Source: Octopus sinensis (taxonomy: Eukaryota). From it: DNA of 64,000 nucleotides. Each line of letters starts with the position of its first letter. Position 1 is the first letter of the stretch. A program made the position numbers and the translations under genes. The notes under the pieces are model-generated. The model was not told the origin of the DNA, searched no databases, and worked only from the letters and a program-made list of their open reading frames with translations. The stretch lies in NCBI RefSeq assembly GCF_006345805.1, contig NC_043001.1, positions 112,096,001 to 112,160,000 on the forward strand, in the 5' to 3' direction. Positions 1 to 13,491 of this stretch are shown here, piece by piece.

Positions 1-187
1 TTGGATCCAAAGTAACAGCATAAGATACTGTTAGCATTAATAGTTTTCTGCCCCAGGTGTACGGAAAACACTTGGCGAGAAATGGAAGAAAATTTGAAGA
101 AAGAAGGAAAAAAAATAAAACAATAATAGTAATAGTAACATCGAAAATTACCTCAGGAATGAGAAGCCAGGTTCGAAATTTCTCCAG

Positions 188-233
188 GACACTTGATGAA
201 GGCTGGAAGGTATATCTGCCGAAACGTTGTGTT
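188..233 (+). ncRNA. Degenerate minimal hammerhead motif
   Basis: GACAC-TTGATGA-A-GGC...GCC-GAAAC-GTT-GTGTT; core C3 changed to U. Confidence 0.55.
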
Positions 234-326
234 AACAACTAACAAGATGAGGACAAATATCTGTCAAATGTAAATAATCTAAATACTTTTAACCATTCTA
301 CATATAACAGTTTCGATTGGGGGGGG

Positions 327-706
327 GGAGCACTCCGTCGGTTACGACGACGAGGGTTCCGGTTGATCCGATCAACGGAACAGCCTGCTCGTGAAATTAA
401 CGTGTAAGTGGCTGAGCACTCCACAGACACGTGTACCCTTAACGCAGTTCTCGGGGATATTCAGCGTGACACAGAGAGTGACAAGGCCGGCCCTTTGAAA
501 TACAGGCATAACAGAAACAGGAAGTAAGAGTGAGAGAAAGTTGTGGTGAAAGAGTGCAGCAGGGATCACCACCATCCCTGCCGGAGCCTCGTGGATCTTT
601 TAGGTGTTTTCGCTCAATAAACACTCACAACGCCCGGTCTGGGAATCGAAACCGCGATCCTACGACCGCGAGTCCGCTGCCCTAACCACTGGGCCATTGC
701 GCCCCC
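327..706 (-). mobile_element. tRNA-derived SINE family A, full length
   Basis: A box TGGCCCAGTGG and B box GGTTTCGATTCC; near-identical to other copies; TSD TTTCGATT. Confidence 0.92.
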
Positions 707-1008
707 CACAACACTTTCGATTAAATATTCACTGGATAGCCGCGCAATTACCTGTTCGCTCACAATGGCATCTTCATTTAAAACGAAAACGATGGAAACC
801 GTATATGAAGAACTTAACCACGCCACTCTTCTGTGTTTACTGGAATACACACGCGCATTAAAAATTCGGAGTCGCAATGAAATTTGAAACAAATTACTAA
901 AATTTTCGAAACTTAACACTTCGATACACTTCTATGTATTATGTGTGCATGTATAATTATACAGATATGTATAATATATATATATATATATATATAAGTA
1001 TATGTATA

Positions 1009-1056
<48 letters not shown>

Positions 1057-1058
1057 TG

Positions 1059-1098
<40 letters not shown>

Positions 1099-2342
1099 TA
1101 TATGTATATATATATATGTATGTATATATATATGTATATACATATATGTATATATATATATGTATGTGTGTATATACATACCGTATGCATATATGTACAC
1201 ACACATATATATATATTTACATACAAATATACAGGCATATGCATGTATGTAACACATGCAATTAGTCTAAGTAGGCGTACACGTCTGCATATGTACTTAT
1301 ATATATATAAAAATAAATATACATATATATGTATATGGATGTATATATCTGTGTGTCTGTGAGCGTGCGTATGGGTGTTTGTGTGTGAATGTCTGCGTGT
1401 GTGCGTGTGTAAGAGAGTAAGGTATTGAATAATACAAGCTAACATAGGTACATGCGTAATATGGACGTACAAAGAAATGCTAAAAATTAATCGAAATGCA
1501 AAAAAGGTGACAGGTATGAATGACATCTGTAAAGAATCTCTCTCAATTATCGTATATTTTCTATAGTGTTGAACGGAAGTACATAATTTTTTCAGGAATT
1601 ATTATAAAGTTGAAAGTGGTAGAATCAAAATTAAACGGAAACTCTATGATTATCCAAGTGAATTTGCATTGAAAATCTTAGGTATTTCCATTGCGAATTT
1701 TAATTTTATAATTTAAAAGTACTTACTCGTGTAATCGTTGAAGTAGACAGTCTTGTCAAATACATCAAAACTATTTCCAATACATTTTATATTCAGTGTT
1801 ACTAAAGTAAATTGGAAGGAACCCTTCGTCAATTACGACGATGGGTATTCTAGCTGTGAAGTAAAATGGCTGTTTGTTGATGTATGACATAAGTGATTGG
1901 CTATTACGTTGACATTGGTAATCTTAATGAGGTTAATGGAATCCCCAGGCAAAATTCAATGTGACAGGGTGAGTAACAAAGACCGATCACGTGAAGAACA
2001 ATTATTGTCGGACCAACGCGCTTGTATGCAAATACCATCTTTCCAGTTTCACAGATGTTACAAAGTGGGATCGAAATCAGAGCCTCATACTTGCGAAGGG
2101 AATGTCTTTGACTCCACCAATAATAGAGAATAGAAGAGATAGAAGAGTAAGCTTAGATCATGAGTATAGTCTCCTGGTGTCTGAGTGTATAAGAATCTAT
2201 GCATATATAATGGTGAATCATATAAAAACTCATTTCACCATTAACCTTAACCTCGAGTCTATTTGAAACACGATCCCTAGTCTCTCTCACTATGTGCCTT
2301 CTTCACAACCAATCCAACTGAATCTGGTACTTAATCATTACC

Positions 2343-2580
2343 AAGGCGGCAAGCTGGCAGAATCGTTAGCACGCCGGGCGAAATGCCTAGCGGTATTTCG
2401 TCAGCCGCTACGTTTTGAGTTCAGATTCCGCCGAGGTCGACTTTGCCTTTTATTCTTTCGGGGTCGATTAAATAAGTACCGGTTACGCACTGGGGTCGAT
2501 ATAATCGACTTAATCCGTTTGTCTGTCCTTGTTTGTCCTTTCTGTGTGTAGCCCCTTGTGGGTAGTAAAGAAATAGGTAC
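2343..2580 (+). mobile_element. SINE family C (Deu/Nin-domain-like)
   Basis: tRNA-like head; central block matching the family consensus GCCTTTCATCCTTTCGGGGTCGAT..AAGTACC. Confidence 0.85.
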
Positions 2581-2724
2581 TTTATCATTATTAATTAAAC
2601 TGCAACAAAGTAACCAAATTACCCTATGTACAAAAACAGTATCGGTAAAGTAATTCAATATGTAAACCTATAATTAACTCTTAAATTATCTAAATAGCAA
2701 CTCTCCCCACATACATACATTCAT

Positions 2725-2761
<37 letters not shown>

Positions 2762-2816
2762 CGTACATAAATATAAATAATATATAAATATATGCATATA
2801 TACATACATATATAAG

Positions 2817-2851
<35 letters not shown>

Positions 2852-2879
2852 CTGTGTATAATGATAGCAAAGGTGACGT

Positions 2880-3453
2880 AAAACAGAAGAGTGAAAGCAT
2901 AATCATCGCTGCCTAAGATCAGGCATTGAATACCAACTCAGTGAAAAGGGATATATACCACACAAGTGCAACGAACCTCTGCAGAATGTGTGGGAAGAGG
3001 GTCAAAAGCATGACTCACATTATTTGTACTTGCGAAAGTCTTGCGCAGAAAGAGTACAAGCGCCGACACGACAAGGTACCGCAGAACCTTCACTGGCTAC
3101 TATGCCGGAAGGATGGATATGAGGTAACGCGTGATTGGTACTAACATACACCAGAAAATGTAATGGACGAAAAGAGGAAGGCAAAATCCGTCTGGCACTT
3201 TGACTTCTAAACATACAAGGTGTTAGAACACCGAAATGAGGATATAGCAACCTTTAGGAGGGACGAACAAGAGTGCCTAATAATCGGCGTGGCAGTGCCA
3301 GGAGATCAGCATATCATCATGAAAAAAAGAGCAAAGGTTGATAAATATGTAGATCTGAGAATTGAGATCACCAAGATGTGGCAGCTACGGGAGTCAAAGA
3401 TAACGATTGTCCCAATTGTCAATGGAGCATTGGGTTCAATTCCACTGACCTGA
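2880..3453 (+). mobile_element. Decayed R4/Dong-like RLE fragment
   Basis: CRMC..SMTHIICTC..EYKRRHD..LHW; CLIIGVAVP; KYVDLRIEITKMW; stops present. Confidence 0.85.
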
Positions 3454-3812
3454 AATGACATAAATATATATATATATATATATATTGTATAGAGGGCATT
3501 ATTACACATAAATGCCTCACGCTAAGAGGGACATAAGTCATTACTACCAAAATTTAACTAATCGTACCTAATGCAGTTTTCGAAGCAAGACATTTAAAAA
3601 ATGAATTTAGTTCTATATCACCTGTGATTTCACACTTAACGCATCAAATACGTCTATGTTCATGAGTAGAACTGATTCTGAACACATCATAAATAAACGA
3701 CCAACATACCTGGCGGAGCCAAACAGACATCTGCTCCCCTCGGCAAAGCACATGGAAATGTTTATTCATCATATATTCGGTAAATGGCGGGCTTTCTCGA
3801 ACTGTATGTATA

Positions 3813-4005
3813 TAGGCGTAGGAATGGCTGTGTGGTAAGTAGATTTCTTACCAACCACATGGTTCCGGGTTCAGTCCCACAGCATGGTACCTTGGACAAG
3901 TATCTTCTACTATAGCCTCGGGCCGACCAAAGCCTTGTGAGTGGATTTGGTAGACGGAAACTGTAAGAAGCGCGCCGTATATATGTATGTATATATATAT
4001 ATATA

Positions 4006-4074
<69 letters not shown>

Positions 4075-4284
4075 GTGTGTCTGTGTTTGTCCACCCCAAC
4101 ATCGCTTGACAACCGATACTGGTGTGTTTACGCCCCCATAATTTAGCGGTTTGGCAAAAGAGACCGATAGAATAAGTACTAGGCTTACAAAGAATAAGTT
4201 ATGGGGTCGATTTGCTCGATTAAAGGCGGTGCACCAGCATGGCCACAGTCATTTGACTGAAACAAGTAAAAGAGTAAAAAGGGA
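3813..4284 (+). mobile_element. tRNA-derived SINE family B with internal (TA)n(TG)n
   Basis: TGGCTGTGTGG A box, GGTTCAGTCCC B box, AGTAAAAG tail. Confidence 0.9.
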
Positions 4285-4285
4285 G

Positions 4286-4333
<48 letters not shown>

Positions 4334-4914
4334 TTATATATATATGTTTCTTCAGACATATATATATATATAATATATATATATATACATATATATACTT
4401 GGATCAAAGTTCTACAACGTTCCTGTTAACCAAATTAACTGAGAAGGCATTGCTCTGCCAGTGACTAAAAAAGACGTCGCACATTTGCCCAAGTTTGCCC
4501 GCGGTGGGACTGTATCCGAAACCTAGAGCCTGCAAAGCTAGTTTCTTAATTCTGTAGACATGTCTTGTCCGGGTAATGTTTATATTTTGTTCAACTGATT
4601 CTTGTATGTTAGGGGTCTGTACTTTATTTTATTTAATCGCCAAGAAACACTGTCAATGCGATTTTGAGTTTGTGCAAACATAGATAGAATTACTGAACGC
4701 TGAATAAACATTGTTGAAGCATGTTATTCTAAGATTTGTTGTCGGATTATTAAAGTATAGGGTTGTTAACAGACAAAGAAATTCTAGGAATACAATGGAT
4801 ACCAAAAATGAGAGGTTACCGAAAAAGACCGTTTCTATTTACTGATGTCTGCGTGTGCACCTGTATGGTTATTTGTGTGTGTACACCTGTGTATATATCT
4901 GTATGCGCATGCGT

Positions 4915-5006
<92 letters not shown>

Positions 5007-5619
5007 TTTAATATTGGTTTATAAGTATTATTTAGAACTAGCAGAAAAAACGACCTCATATATATATATATATATATATATAATACATATATTATAAAGT
5101 AAATCGACAATATGCACATGAATTGAACAAAGACTGTTACAGTTTATTCTGTAATCAGTAAAATAATCTATGATACATTTAAAAAAAGACGATGAGGATA
5201 ATTAGAAAAGAGATGACGTTGTCAAGGGAAAAAGTTCACTTGAGTGAATTCGAAAATAGATTTTCTGGTGGGAAATAATGAATTACATTTACCAATATGA
5301 AAAGTTGAGTTTTGCTATATTGTTTTGCTTTATTCATTTATAGACATCTTAAGTGTTTCTATTGTTTCTTTCCTTGCAATTAAAAGAAAACTTAAATACA
5401 TTTCAATTAAGAGTAACGAATGTCTCACATCACTGTAGAATTTCTTTGTAGACACAATTGTCAGCAAATGGATCCCTTTTCATTTAGCTGGGTTGATAAT
5501 TTTAAATTTTATTTTCTTGACGCTGTTGATAATGCAACATACAACCGACCATGTGCAAAGAATTGTGTGGTTATCTATCTTCCTATCTATCTATTTTTGC
5601 CCAGTGTTCTTGCGACTGT

Positions 5620-5831
5620 TTTCTACTCTAGGAACAAGGCCCGAAATTTTTTGGGAGGGGGCCAGTCGATTAGATCGATTCCAGTACGCAACTAATACTT
5701 AATTTATCGACCCAAAAGGATGAAAAGCAAAGTCGACCTCGGTGGAATTTGAACTCAGAATGTAGCGGCAGACGAAGAACTGCTAAGCATTTTTGTCCAG
5801 CATTTTTGCGACTCTGCCAAGTCGCCGCCTT
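5620..5831 (-). mobile_element. SINE family C
   Basis: Homology to family C. Confidence 0.8.
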
Positions 5832-6236
5832 GCGTATAATATTAATACTCATACATTCTCTTTGTTTTAACAATAATACAAAATGCAAAGAACTGTAATC
5901 TGCTGTTCACCGAATATAAGTTTACTGATTTAAAATAACAAAGCGCATGAACACACACACAAGCGCGTGCAAATACGCAAGCGCACACACTCACGTGCGC
6001 AAACACACACATTTCCATATCATTATTTTGTGTGGGCAGTAATGGTTTATTTCTGTGTGAAGATCATGCTTAGTCTCTGCGTTTGAGTGGGTACAGATTT
6101 CGCCGGGCAGAGGAAAGCAGATCACATAAGATTAAAGCATCTTATAATATGGATTTGAAACAGTTTTAAATAATAAATTGCCATTCATATAATATCATAT
6201 CATGACATATCTATCTTTCTCTCTCTCTCTCTCCCT

Positions 6237-6348
<112 letters not shown>

Positions 6349-6419
6349 GTATATATATATATATATTTATCTACCTACTTATCTCTCTCTCTATATATAT
6401 ATATAAATATATATATATA

Positions 6420-6895
6420 CGTTTAAATATTTATTGTGCAAGAATTTTTATGTGAAGTCGTGTGTTGAAACAGATATTGTTATATTTCGGAATGGTCATA
6501 TTGCTAGTTTAACCAATAAAAACACACGCACTATATATTTGGTATTATTTTGCTTCAGTGTTATATATTTTTTACATTAATCTTAATCTTATTTCGGCCA
6601 GAGTTCTTTCGTCACACTCTTGTGACCGCATCAGTGGTCCTTTGTTTTCTTTGTGTCTCTCCTTACTAACCATCAGCCATTTTGTATTTCTATTGTATGT
6701 TTTCATTTGCGCATGCTTATATCTCTATGTGCGTCTATGTTTATTTAGTGTGTGTATGTGAGGGGATGCCTGTAATATTTGTATCTTCTGTTGATATACG
6801 TTCATGTAATTTGTATTTTGTTTTTGTTGTTGTTTTTGTTTATTCCTATTTTGTTCATGTGTTTACATCCACTTATTATTATCATTACATATGCT
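6420..6895 (-). mobile_element. Non-autonomous PLE pLTR-like element with HHR-like motif
   Basis: Homologous to 7905-8360 and 21425-21740; flanked by TA-rich microsatellites. Confidence 0.6.
6596..6640 (-). ncRNA. Hammerhead-like motif (CUGAUGC variant)
   Basis: Minus strand GGACCA-CTGATGC-G-GTCAC-aagagt-GTGAC-GAAA-GAAC-TC-TGGCC. Confidence 0.5.
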
Positions 6896-7097
6896 TGTAT
6901 GTATGTATGTATGTATAACAACAATACTAGTAACAATAATAATAAATCGAATCGAAATATATATTTATATATATATATATAGTTATATATATATATATAT
7001 ATATAGTTATTTATTTCTATTTGTTTATTTATCTGTGTATTTATTATGTTTTCAGGATCCTCTATCGTCATATGTTTCTATAACTATGCATTGATGC

Positions 7098-7148
<51 letters not shown>

Positions 7149-7189
7149 TACACACCCACACACACGCACTCCCTCTCTCACATATACAT

Positions 7190-7660
7190 AAGTACGAGTC
7201 AAAAATTAACCGCACCTTCACCATAATATATTTATATCATTATCACACTGCCTTCTACGCATGCATGCTCATAGTTGGTACTATTGTGGTCACGTGTTCG
7301 AATTTGGATCCTGATCGCGCAATTTTATCTTTCAGGATTTACAGTGTAAACATGGCCGTTCCACGAGCAAAGAAGAACAAAGAACAGTGAAATAATTTGT
7401 CTGGTCGTAAGGTGTACCAAGTGTTGAAATTCATCGGAGCCTTTTAGTACAACACGGGAACAGTACACTATCACGTAGAATGTGTTTGAGTGAATCGAGA
7501 AATTTAAAAGTTGCCGTACAAGCGTGACGTAAGTAGAGGAAGCAGTACACCCGTCAGCTTCCACCACTGATGAAAAGATTCAGCAAGCTCGAGAGATGGT
7601 ATTCGTCTCTTAATTATGTGTTACTGCTATGGTGCGGTCACTGATGAGAAATTCGCCTAG
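7190..7660 (+). mobile_element. Decayed mariner 5' remnant
   Basis: Residual RTSVT...PSASTTDEKIQQAREMV, similar to the mariner HTH linker. Confidence 0.45.
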
Positions 7661-7844
7661 CAAATTATTTTATTTCCTAAACAAATTTTGAAATCTATGT
7701 CTGACCGGATTAAAATAACAAGGTAAAAGTTTGTTTTTCTTTTCATTCCTGTTGAAGATGTGTGGTTTTGGTCGTTTTGACTACTTCTTCTAGCGTGTAA
7801 AAACTGCCCGTTGAAGGCAGTTTTCTCTTGTGTTAAATGTACAC

Positions 7845-7910
<66 letters not shown>

Positions 7911-7963
7911 AATGGCTGACCGTTACTAAGGAGAGACACACTAATAAGAAAGAAGAAAGCAAA

Positions 7964-8007
7964 GGACCACTGATGCGGTCACAGGAGTGTGACGAAGCCC
8001 TCTGGCC
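7964..8007 (+). ncRNA. Hammerhead-like motif, same family (GAAA reduced to GAA)
   Basis: GGACCA-CTGATGC-GGTCAC-aggagt-GTGAC-GAA-GCCCTC-TGGCC. Confidence 0.4.
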
Positions 8008-8177
8008 GAATAAGATTAAGATTAATGTAAAAAATAAATAACGCTGAAGCTATATATATTGTTGTATTTAGGAATGGTCATTTTGCCAGTTTAGCCAATA
8101 AAAACACACGCACTATATATTTGGTGTTACTTAGCTTCAGCGTTATTTATTTTTTACATTAATCTTAATCTTATTTC

Positions 8178-8222
8178 GGCCAGAGGGCTTTCGTCACACT
8201 CCTGTGACCGCATCAGTGGTCC
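8178..8222 (-). ncRNA. Hammerhead-like motif, same family
   Basis: Minus strand GGACCA-CTGATGC-GGTCAC-aggagt-GTGAC-GAAA-GCC-CTC-TGGCC. Confidence 0.5.
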
Positions 8223-8439
8223 TTTGCTTTCTTCTTTCTTATTAGTGTGTCTCTCCTTAGTAACGGTCAGCCATTTTGTATTTTGTATTTCTATTGCATG
8301 TGTCTTCATTTGTGCATGCGTATACCTCTATGTGTGTCTGTTTAGTTAGTGTGTGTGTAACCATAAACTGGTTAAAATATAAACAAAACTGAACACAATA
8401 AAATGAAATACACAGATAAATAAACAAAAATAACTATAT

Positions 8440-8604
8440 ACAATTATTATTATTATTATTATGATTATTATTATTATTATTATACATACATACATACATA
8501 CATACATACATAATAATAATAATGATAATAATAATAATAATAATGATAATAATAATAATAATAAATAATAATAATAATAATAATAATAATATAATAATAA
8601 TAAT

Positions 8605-8656
<52 letters not shown>

Positions 8657-8690
8657 TAATAATAATAATAATAATAATAACTGCAACTGG
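8440..8690. repeat. (TAA)n microsatellite
   Basis: Direct reading of the sequence. Confidence 0.95.
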
Positions 8691-9928
8691 CAATAACAAT
8701 GAAGATTGCTACAATTGGCCTAGACACCTACATGAAAAACTCTGAGGACTGGATGCTAACACGTGTCTCAAAACATGAAAACAAGAAAGCATCATACTCG
8801 GTCACAAAACAGGCAAAGGAATATCTAAGTGAATTCCGAATACAACCAATTTCGGAATTAGAGATAGATATACAAGAAACAAGCACAGAAAAAGCTAGGC
8901 GCATGAAAACCCGTGCCAAAACTGCGGCCTTAGATATTCTGAATAATAAATGGCAAGAAAAACCTCTCTATGGCAAATACCCAAAGAGAGCGAATAATGC
9001 AGATATCGACAAAGCCCTGACCCATCAATGGCAAATGGCCTCTGGCTTAAAATCTGAAACAGAGGGGTTTATCATAGCAGCTCAAGATCAATGCCTACCA
9101 ACAAGAAACTACCAGGCCAACATATTAAAGAACGGCAGTAGCCCAACATGTCGTGTATGCCGACAACAAAATGAAACCATTGACCATGTTGTCTCCAAAT
9201 GCAGTCTTCTAGCGCCTACAGAGTACCTCAGTAGGCATGATAGAGCTGCACAATATATTCACTGGGTAATTTGCAAAAACCTAGATTTGCCCCATGAAAA
9301 AAACTGGTGGGAACACAATCCACCTCCTGTGCTTGAAAATGACCACATCTCACTCCTCTGGAACTTCACCATTCAAACTGACAGGAAGATAGATGCTAAT
9401 AGGCCAGACATTATATTGAAAGACTTCAGACAAAGAACATGCCTCCTCATTGATATGACTGTCCCAATCGATATAAACGTATCTGTCAAGACCTACCAAA
9501 AACTGAGCAAATATAAAGATCTTGAAATAGAAATCAGCAAAATGTGGAAGCTGAAGACTAAAACAATACCTGTTGTCATACCTGGGAATGATAGCGAAAG
9601 GGACTGATCGCTACCTAACTCAGATACCAGGAAACCCCAAAATGGCAGAAATTCAAAAGATAGTTCTCATGGGAACTGCTCATATCCTACGCAAAATACT
9701 CTCTATGTAATCCCAAGGTTTAAAACAAACTTTTTTTAAAAATTTATTTATTTATTTATTTTTTATTTTTTTATTTAAATTTTTTTTATGTATTAGACAT
9801 TCACTAGTACAACACCAAAAAAAAAAGCCCCAAATATATGGCACAGAACTTCCAACCTGTTGTCTCTTGAGGTCTCTGGGTGAGACTTGGAGCCAACTTG
9901 TACAGACATAAAGCAAAAGTCAAACATA

Positions 9929-9929
<1 letters not shown>
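8690..9929 (+). mobile_element. R4/Dong-clade non-LTR retrotransposon, 5'-truncated (CCHC knuckle, restriction-like endonuclease (RLE), 3' UTR)
   Basis: ORF 8699-9607: LKSETEGFIIAAQDQ, CRVC..ETIDHVVSKC, RHD, RPDII..LIDMTVP, KLSKY. A frameshifted tail ends GTAHILRKILSM* at ~9710. Both ends lie in (TAA)n. Confidence 0.92.
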
Positions 9930-10006
<77 letters not shown>

Positions 10007-10310
10007 TAATAATGATAATAATAATATTAATAATAATGATAGTAACGATAATGATAATAATAATGATAATGATAATAATAATATTAATAATCATGATAAT
10101 AATGATAATGATAATAATAATGATGATAATGATAATAATAATAATAAAATAATAATAATAATAATAATATTAATAATAATGATAGTAACGATAATGATAA
10201 TAATAATGATAATGATAATAATAATATTAATAATCATGATAATAATGATAATGATAATAATAATGATGATAATGATAATAATAATAATAATAATAATAAT
10301 GATAATAAAT
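9930..10310. repeat. (TAA/TGA)n microsatellite with a ~143-bp higher-order duplication
   Basis: GATAGTAACG at 10038 and 10181. Confidence 0.9.
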
Positions 10311-11518
10311 AGAAATCCCTGCAGCACCAACGGCAGAAGAAGTGGAAGAATTCTGGAGAGAAATATGGTCGGCGAACGAACAACAAAAAAAAAGGAGTAT
10401 TAAAACAACAAACTCAGCATCTGAGCCACTTTTGGACCCCCATAACAACTGAAGAGATCACCCAGGCACTGCAAAGACTAAGCAACTTCTGGTTGAAATA
10501 TCTAACACAAAAAGATGGCTGAAAATTTTAACAACATACTGGCAGAGCCAGAGACAATGCCTGAATGGCTCACGAAAGGGAAAACCATCTTAATTCCCAA
10601 ATCAAATGAGACAGCAAAACCAGAAAACTACAGACCAATAACCTGTCTCCCTACAATGTACAAAGCATTTACTAGAGTAATATCGCAAAGATTGAACAAG
10701 CACCTGGACGAAAACAACCTGTTCCCAGAAGAGCAGAAAGGATGCCGCAAAGGCTCATACGGCTGTAAAGATCAACTAATGATTAATAAAGACATAACTG
10801 AAAACAGCCACAGAAAGAAGAAAGGCCTCAGTATGGCCTGGATCGACTACAAAAAGGGGTTTGATAGCATCCCCCACACATTGATCCTCGAAACACTAGC
10901 CATGAACAAAGTTGCACCAACAATTATAAAATTCATAGGACACTCTATGAATAAATGGCAAACAGTGCTACAGCTCCAAACAAAAGAGGGACTTGTGAAA
11001 ACCAAAGCCATCCCCATTAGAAGAGGAATATTCCAGGGAGTCACGCTCTCTCCACTCCTTTTCTGCTTGGCACTATCACCCTGTCGGATATACTAAACAG
11101 AACTGGATGCGGATATAAATGTTACGGCAAAACGATCAGCCACCTTTTATATATGGATGACCTAAAACTATACGCTACAAATGACAAACACCTGGAAACA
11201 CTACTAAAGACAGTTCATGAATTTACCAAAGAAATAGATATGAAATTTGGATTAGAGAAATGCGCCAAAGTAACCCTGAAAAGAGGAAACCTAATTAAGA
11301 GTAGCAACATCACACTAGATGAACCAATGAAATAAAAGAACTAGACCAGAGCCAAACCTACAAATACTTAGGAATCCATGAACTAGATAAGATACAACAC
11401 ATACAAATGAAAGAGAAAATAAAGAAAGAATATTATAGACGAGTCAGATCAATACCGAAAACAGAGCTCAATGCTAAAAACAAAATAATAGGTATCAACA
11501 CTTTAGCCGCCCCAGTTA
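10311..11518 (+). mobile_element. R4/Dong-clade reverse transcriptase fragment
   Basis: NYRPITCL, EQKGC, WIDYKKGFDSIPH, RGIFQGVTLSPLLF, YMDDLKLY, FGLEKCA, YKYLGI; frameshifted; starts in (TAA)n. Confidence 0.92.
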
Positions 11519-12248
11519 GTAAGGAGTTACTTCACAAGTGAAAGCAAGGAGTCTCTCATAGATCTTTTAACTGTTGGTAAGATCTAGGTATTCTGTTCGG
11601 AACTGTATGCTGCACAGCTTTCGATACCAAAGTGTGGAGCCAATACAAACTGAAATTTGTAGATAAAAGATTATTACTAATACTTACTTTCTTGCTTTTA
11701 TTTTTATATTTTTGTTTTGCTTAGGAAATGTAAATGTAAAGATGTCTGACCCTTTACGTAATTCAGGTGTTGCATGCAAGCAATCCTTACTGCATAAGAT
11801 ATGATTATATAATAATCTCTTGCATGTATTAGTGTTTAACTTTTCTCTCGTCTATTTGATATTGAAAGAAATACGAATTGTAAATTTAATCCTAATAATA
11901 GCTGGTGAAAAGCTTCAAGACACTCTCGTTTATATTTTCCTGCGAGTAATTTTCAAACGACATCATATTAAGTCAGGGGTGACTCTCTCCTCGTGTACGT
12001 TACTATTCAAGTTGCTTTATTTAAAATAATACCTTATACTAACAGCAACTAATTGGTTCACAGCATAAAACATGTCTGACGTTAAAATTTGCCTTAAGCA
12101 CCAAGACACAAGTCGAAATTGCATGATTCAAACATACAATCATATAAATAGCGACAATATTCCATTTACTATAATTAATTAGGAGACAAACGTTGAAGGA
12201 AGGGAGAATTAATATTTGTCTTGATACTTCTGTTGATAATGTTGTTGC

Positions 12249-12276
12249 TCTTCTTCTTCTTCTTCTTCTTCTTCTT

Positions 12277-12340
<64 letters not shown>

Positions 12341-12445
12341 ATACTACTGCTGCTGCTGCTGCAGCTACTGCTACTGCTACTGCTACTGCTACTGCTACTG
12401 CTGCTGTTGCTACTGCTGCTGCTGCTGCTGTTGCTGTTGTTGTTA
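12249..12445. repeat. Compound (CTT)n(CTA)n(CTG)n microsatellite
   Basis: Direct reading of the sequence. Confidence 0.95.
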
Positions 12446-12951
12446 AGCAACAAGACGGGTAAGGGTGATTAGGTGATGGTCCAGGGCTTAGGGGTGGGAG
12501 ACCCCAGACCTTGGAAAAAAAATGCTTTGGTCGTCTTTTTGCAGTCGAGAGCTCTTCGTTGACGCCCGACACCACTGGGAGGTGACCCTTGAAGTCGTTG
12601 GAAATGGAGATCTCCAGGCCCAAAATCTTGAATGGCAGCTGCTGCTGCTGTTGTTGCTTCTACCTCTGTTGCAACTTGTACGGTATATACTACTGATGTC
12701 AAAATGTTCCCGGCCTAATTCTGTAGCGCGCCAACAGATGACAGCAAACGATTGAGTGACCAGTGAGACCTAGAATTATAGACAGAAACACTTTCCAGCA
12801 CAACTAGCTCAAAAATACACAAACTGTTTTGTGTACATCTAGAAGCAAACGGATAATATTAACATAAGACGAGAAGTTAACAAAACTGAACTTGCAACTT
12901 CTAGAACAATAATAATTATATATACAACAATATGAATCAATGGCTTGTACG

Positions 12952-13003
<52 letters not shown>

Positions 13004-13009
13004 TATATA

Positions 13010-13060
<51 letters not shown>

Positions 13061-13081
13061 ATGTATTATATATATATATAT

Positions 13082-13161
<80 letters not shown>

Positions 13162-13205
13162 TATACACATATATATACATATATATATATTACATATATA
13201 TATAT

Positions 13206-13405
13206 ACTTTATTTAAAAGTAGCAAAAATATAACAAAAGCTGTTACTCAGATTTTCATGTTCTCATTCGTCGGACAGTTTTGTTAAACTCTGAGTAACTG
13301 CTTTTGTTATATTTCTGCTGCTTTTAAATAAAGCATATTACTCTACCTCTGGTATTTGAAGACCCCTTTTTTTCCACCTTGTTTCACATTGATGTGCTTA
13401 CTCCA

Positions 13406-13406
<1 letters not shown>
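13206..13406. mobile_element. PLE pLTR-like element with inverted duplication
   Basis: ~13207-13251 is inverted relative to ~13289-13333; decayed HHR present; (TA)n flanks. Confidence 0.5.
13240..13277 (-). ncRNA. Degenerate minimal hammerhead motif
   Basis: Minus strand CTGT-CCGACGA-ATG-agaa-CAT-GAAA-ATCTGA-GTA-ACAG. Confidence 0.45.
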
Positions 13407-13453
<47 letters not shown>

Positions 13454-13491
13454 TCCATATATATATATGTTGTATGTATGTATATAAATAT

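Larger units (their letters stand above)
7905..8360. mobile_element. PLE pLTR-like element with inverted partial duplication
   Basis: ~7910-8052 is the reverse complement of ~8133-8277; both arms carry the HHR-like motif. Confidence 0.65.

Noticed and set aside
372-624. Recurrent ORFs MVVIPAVLFHHNF... and MFIERKHLK...
   Set aside because: Chance frames within SINE family A copies.
913-1526. Long YI/HT/CV-rich ORFs here and at many other loci (12839, 32965, 38366, 41244, 59384, 60215)
   Set aside because: They are translations of (TA)n, (CA)n and (GA)n microsatellites, not genes.
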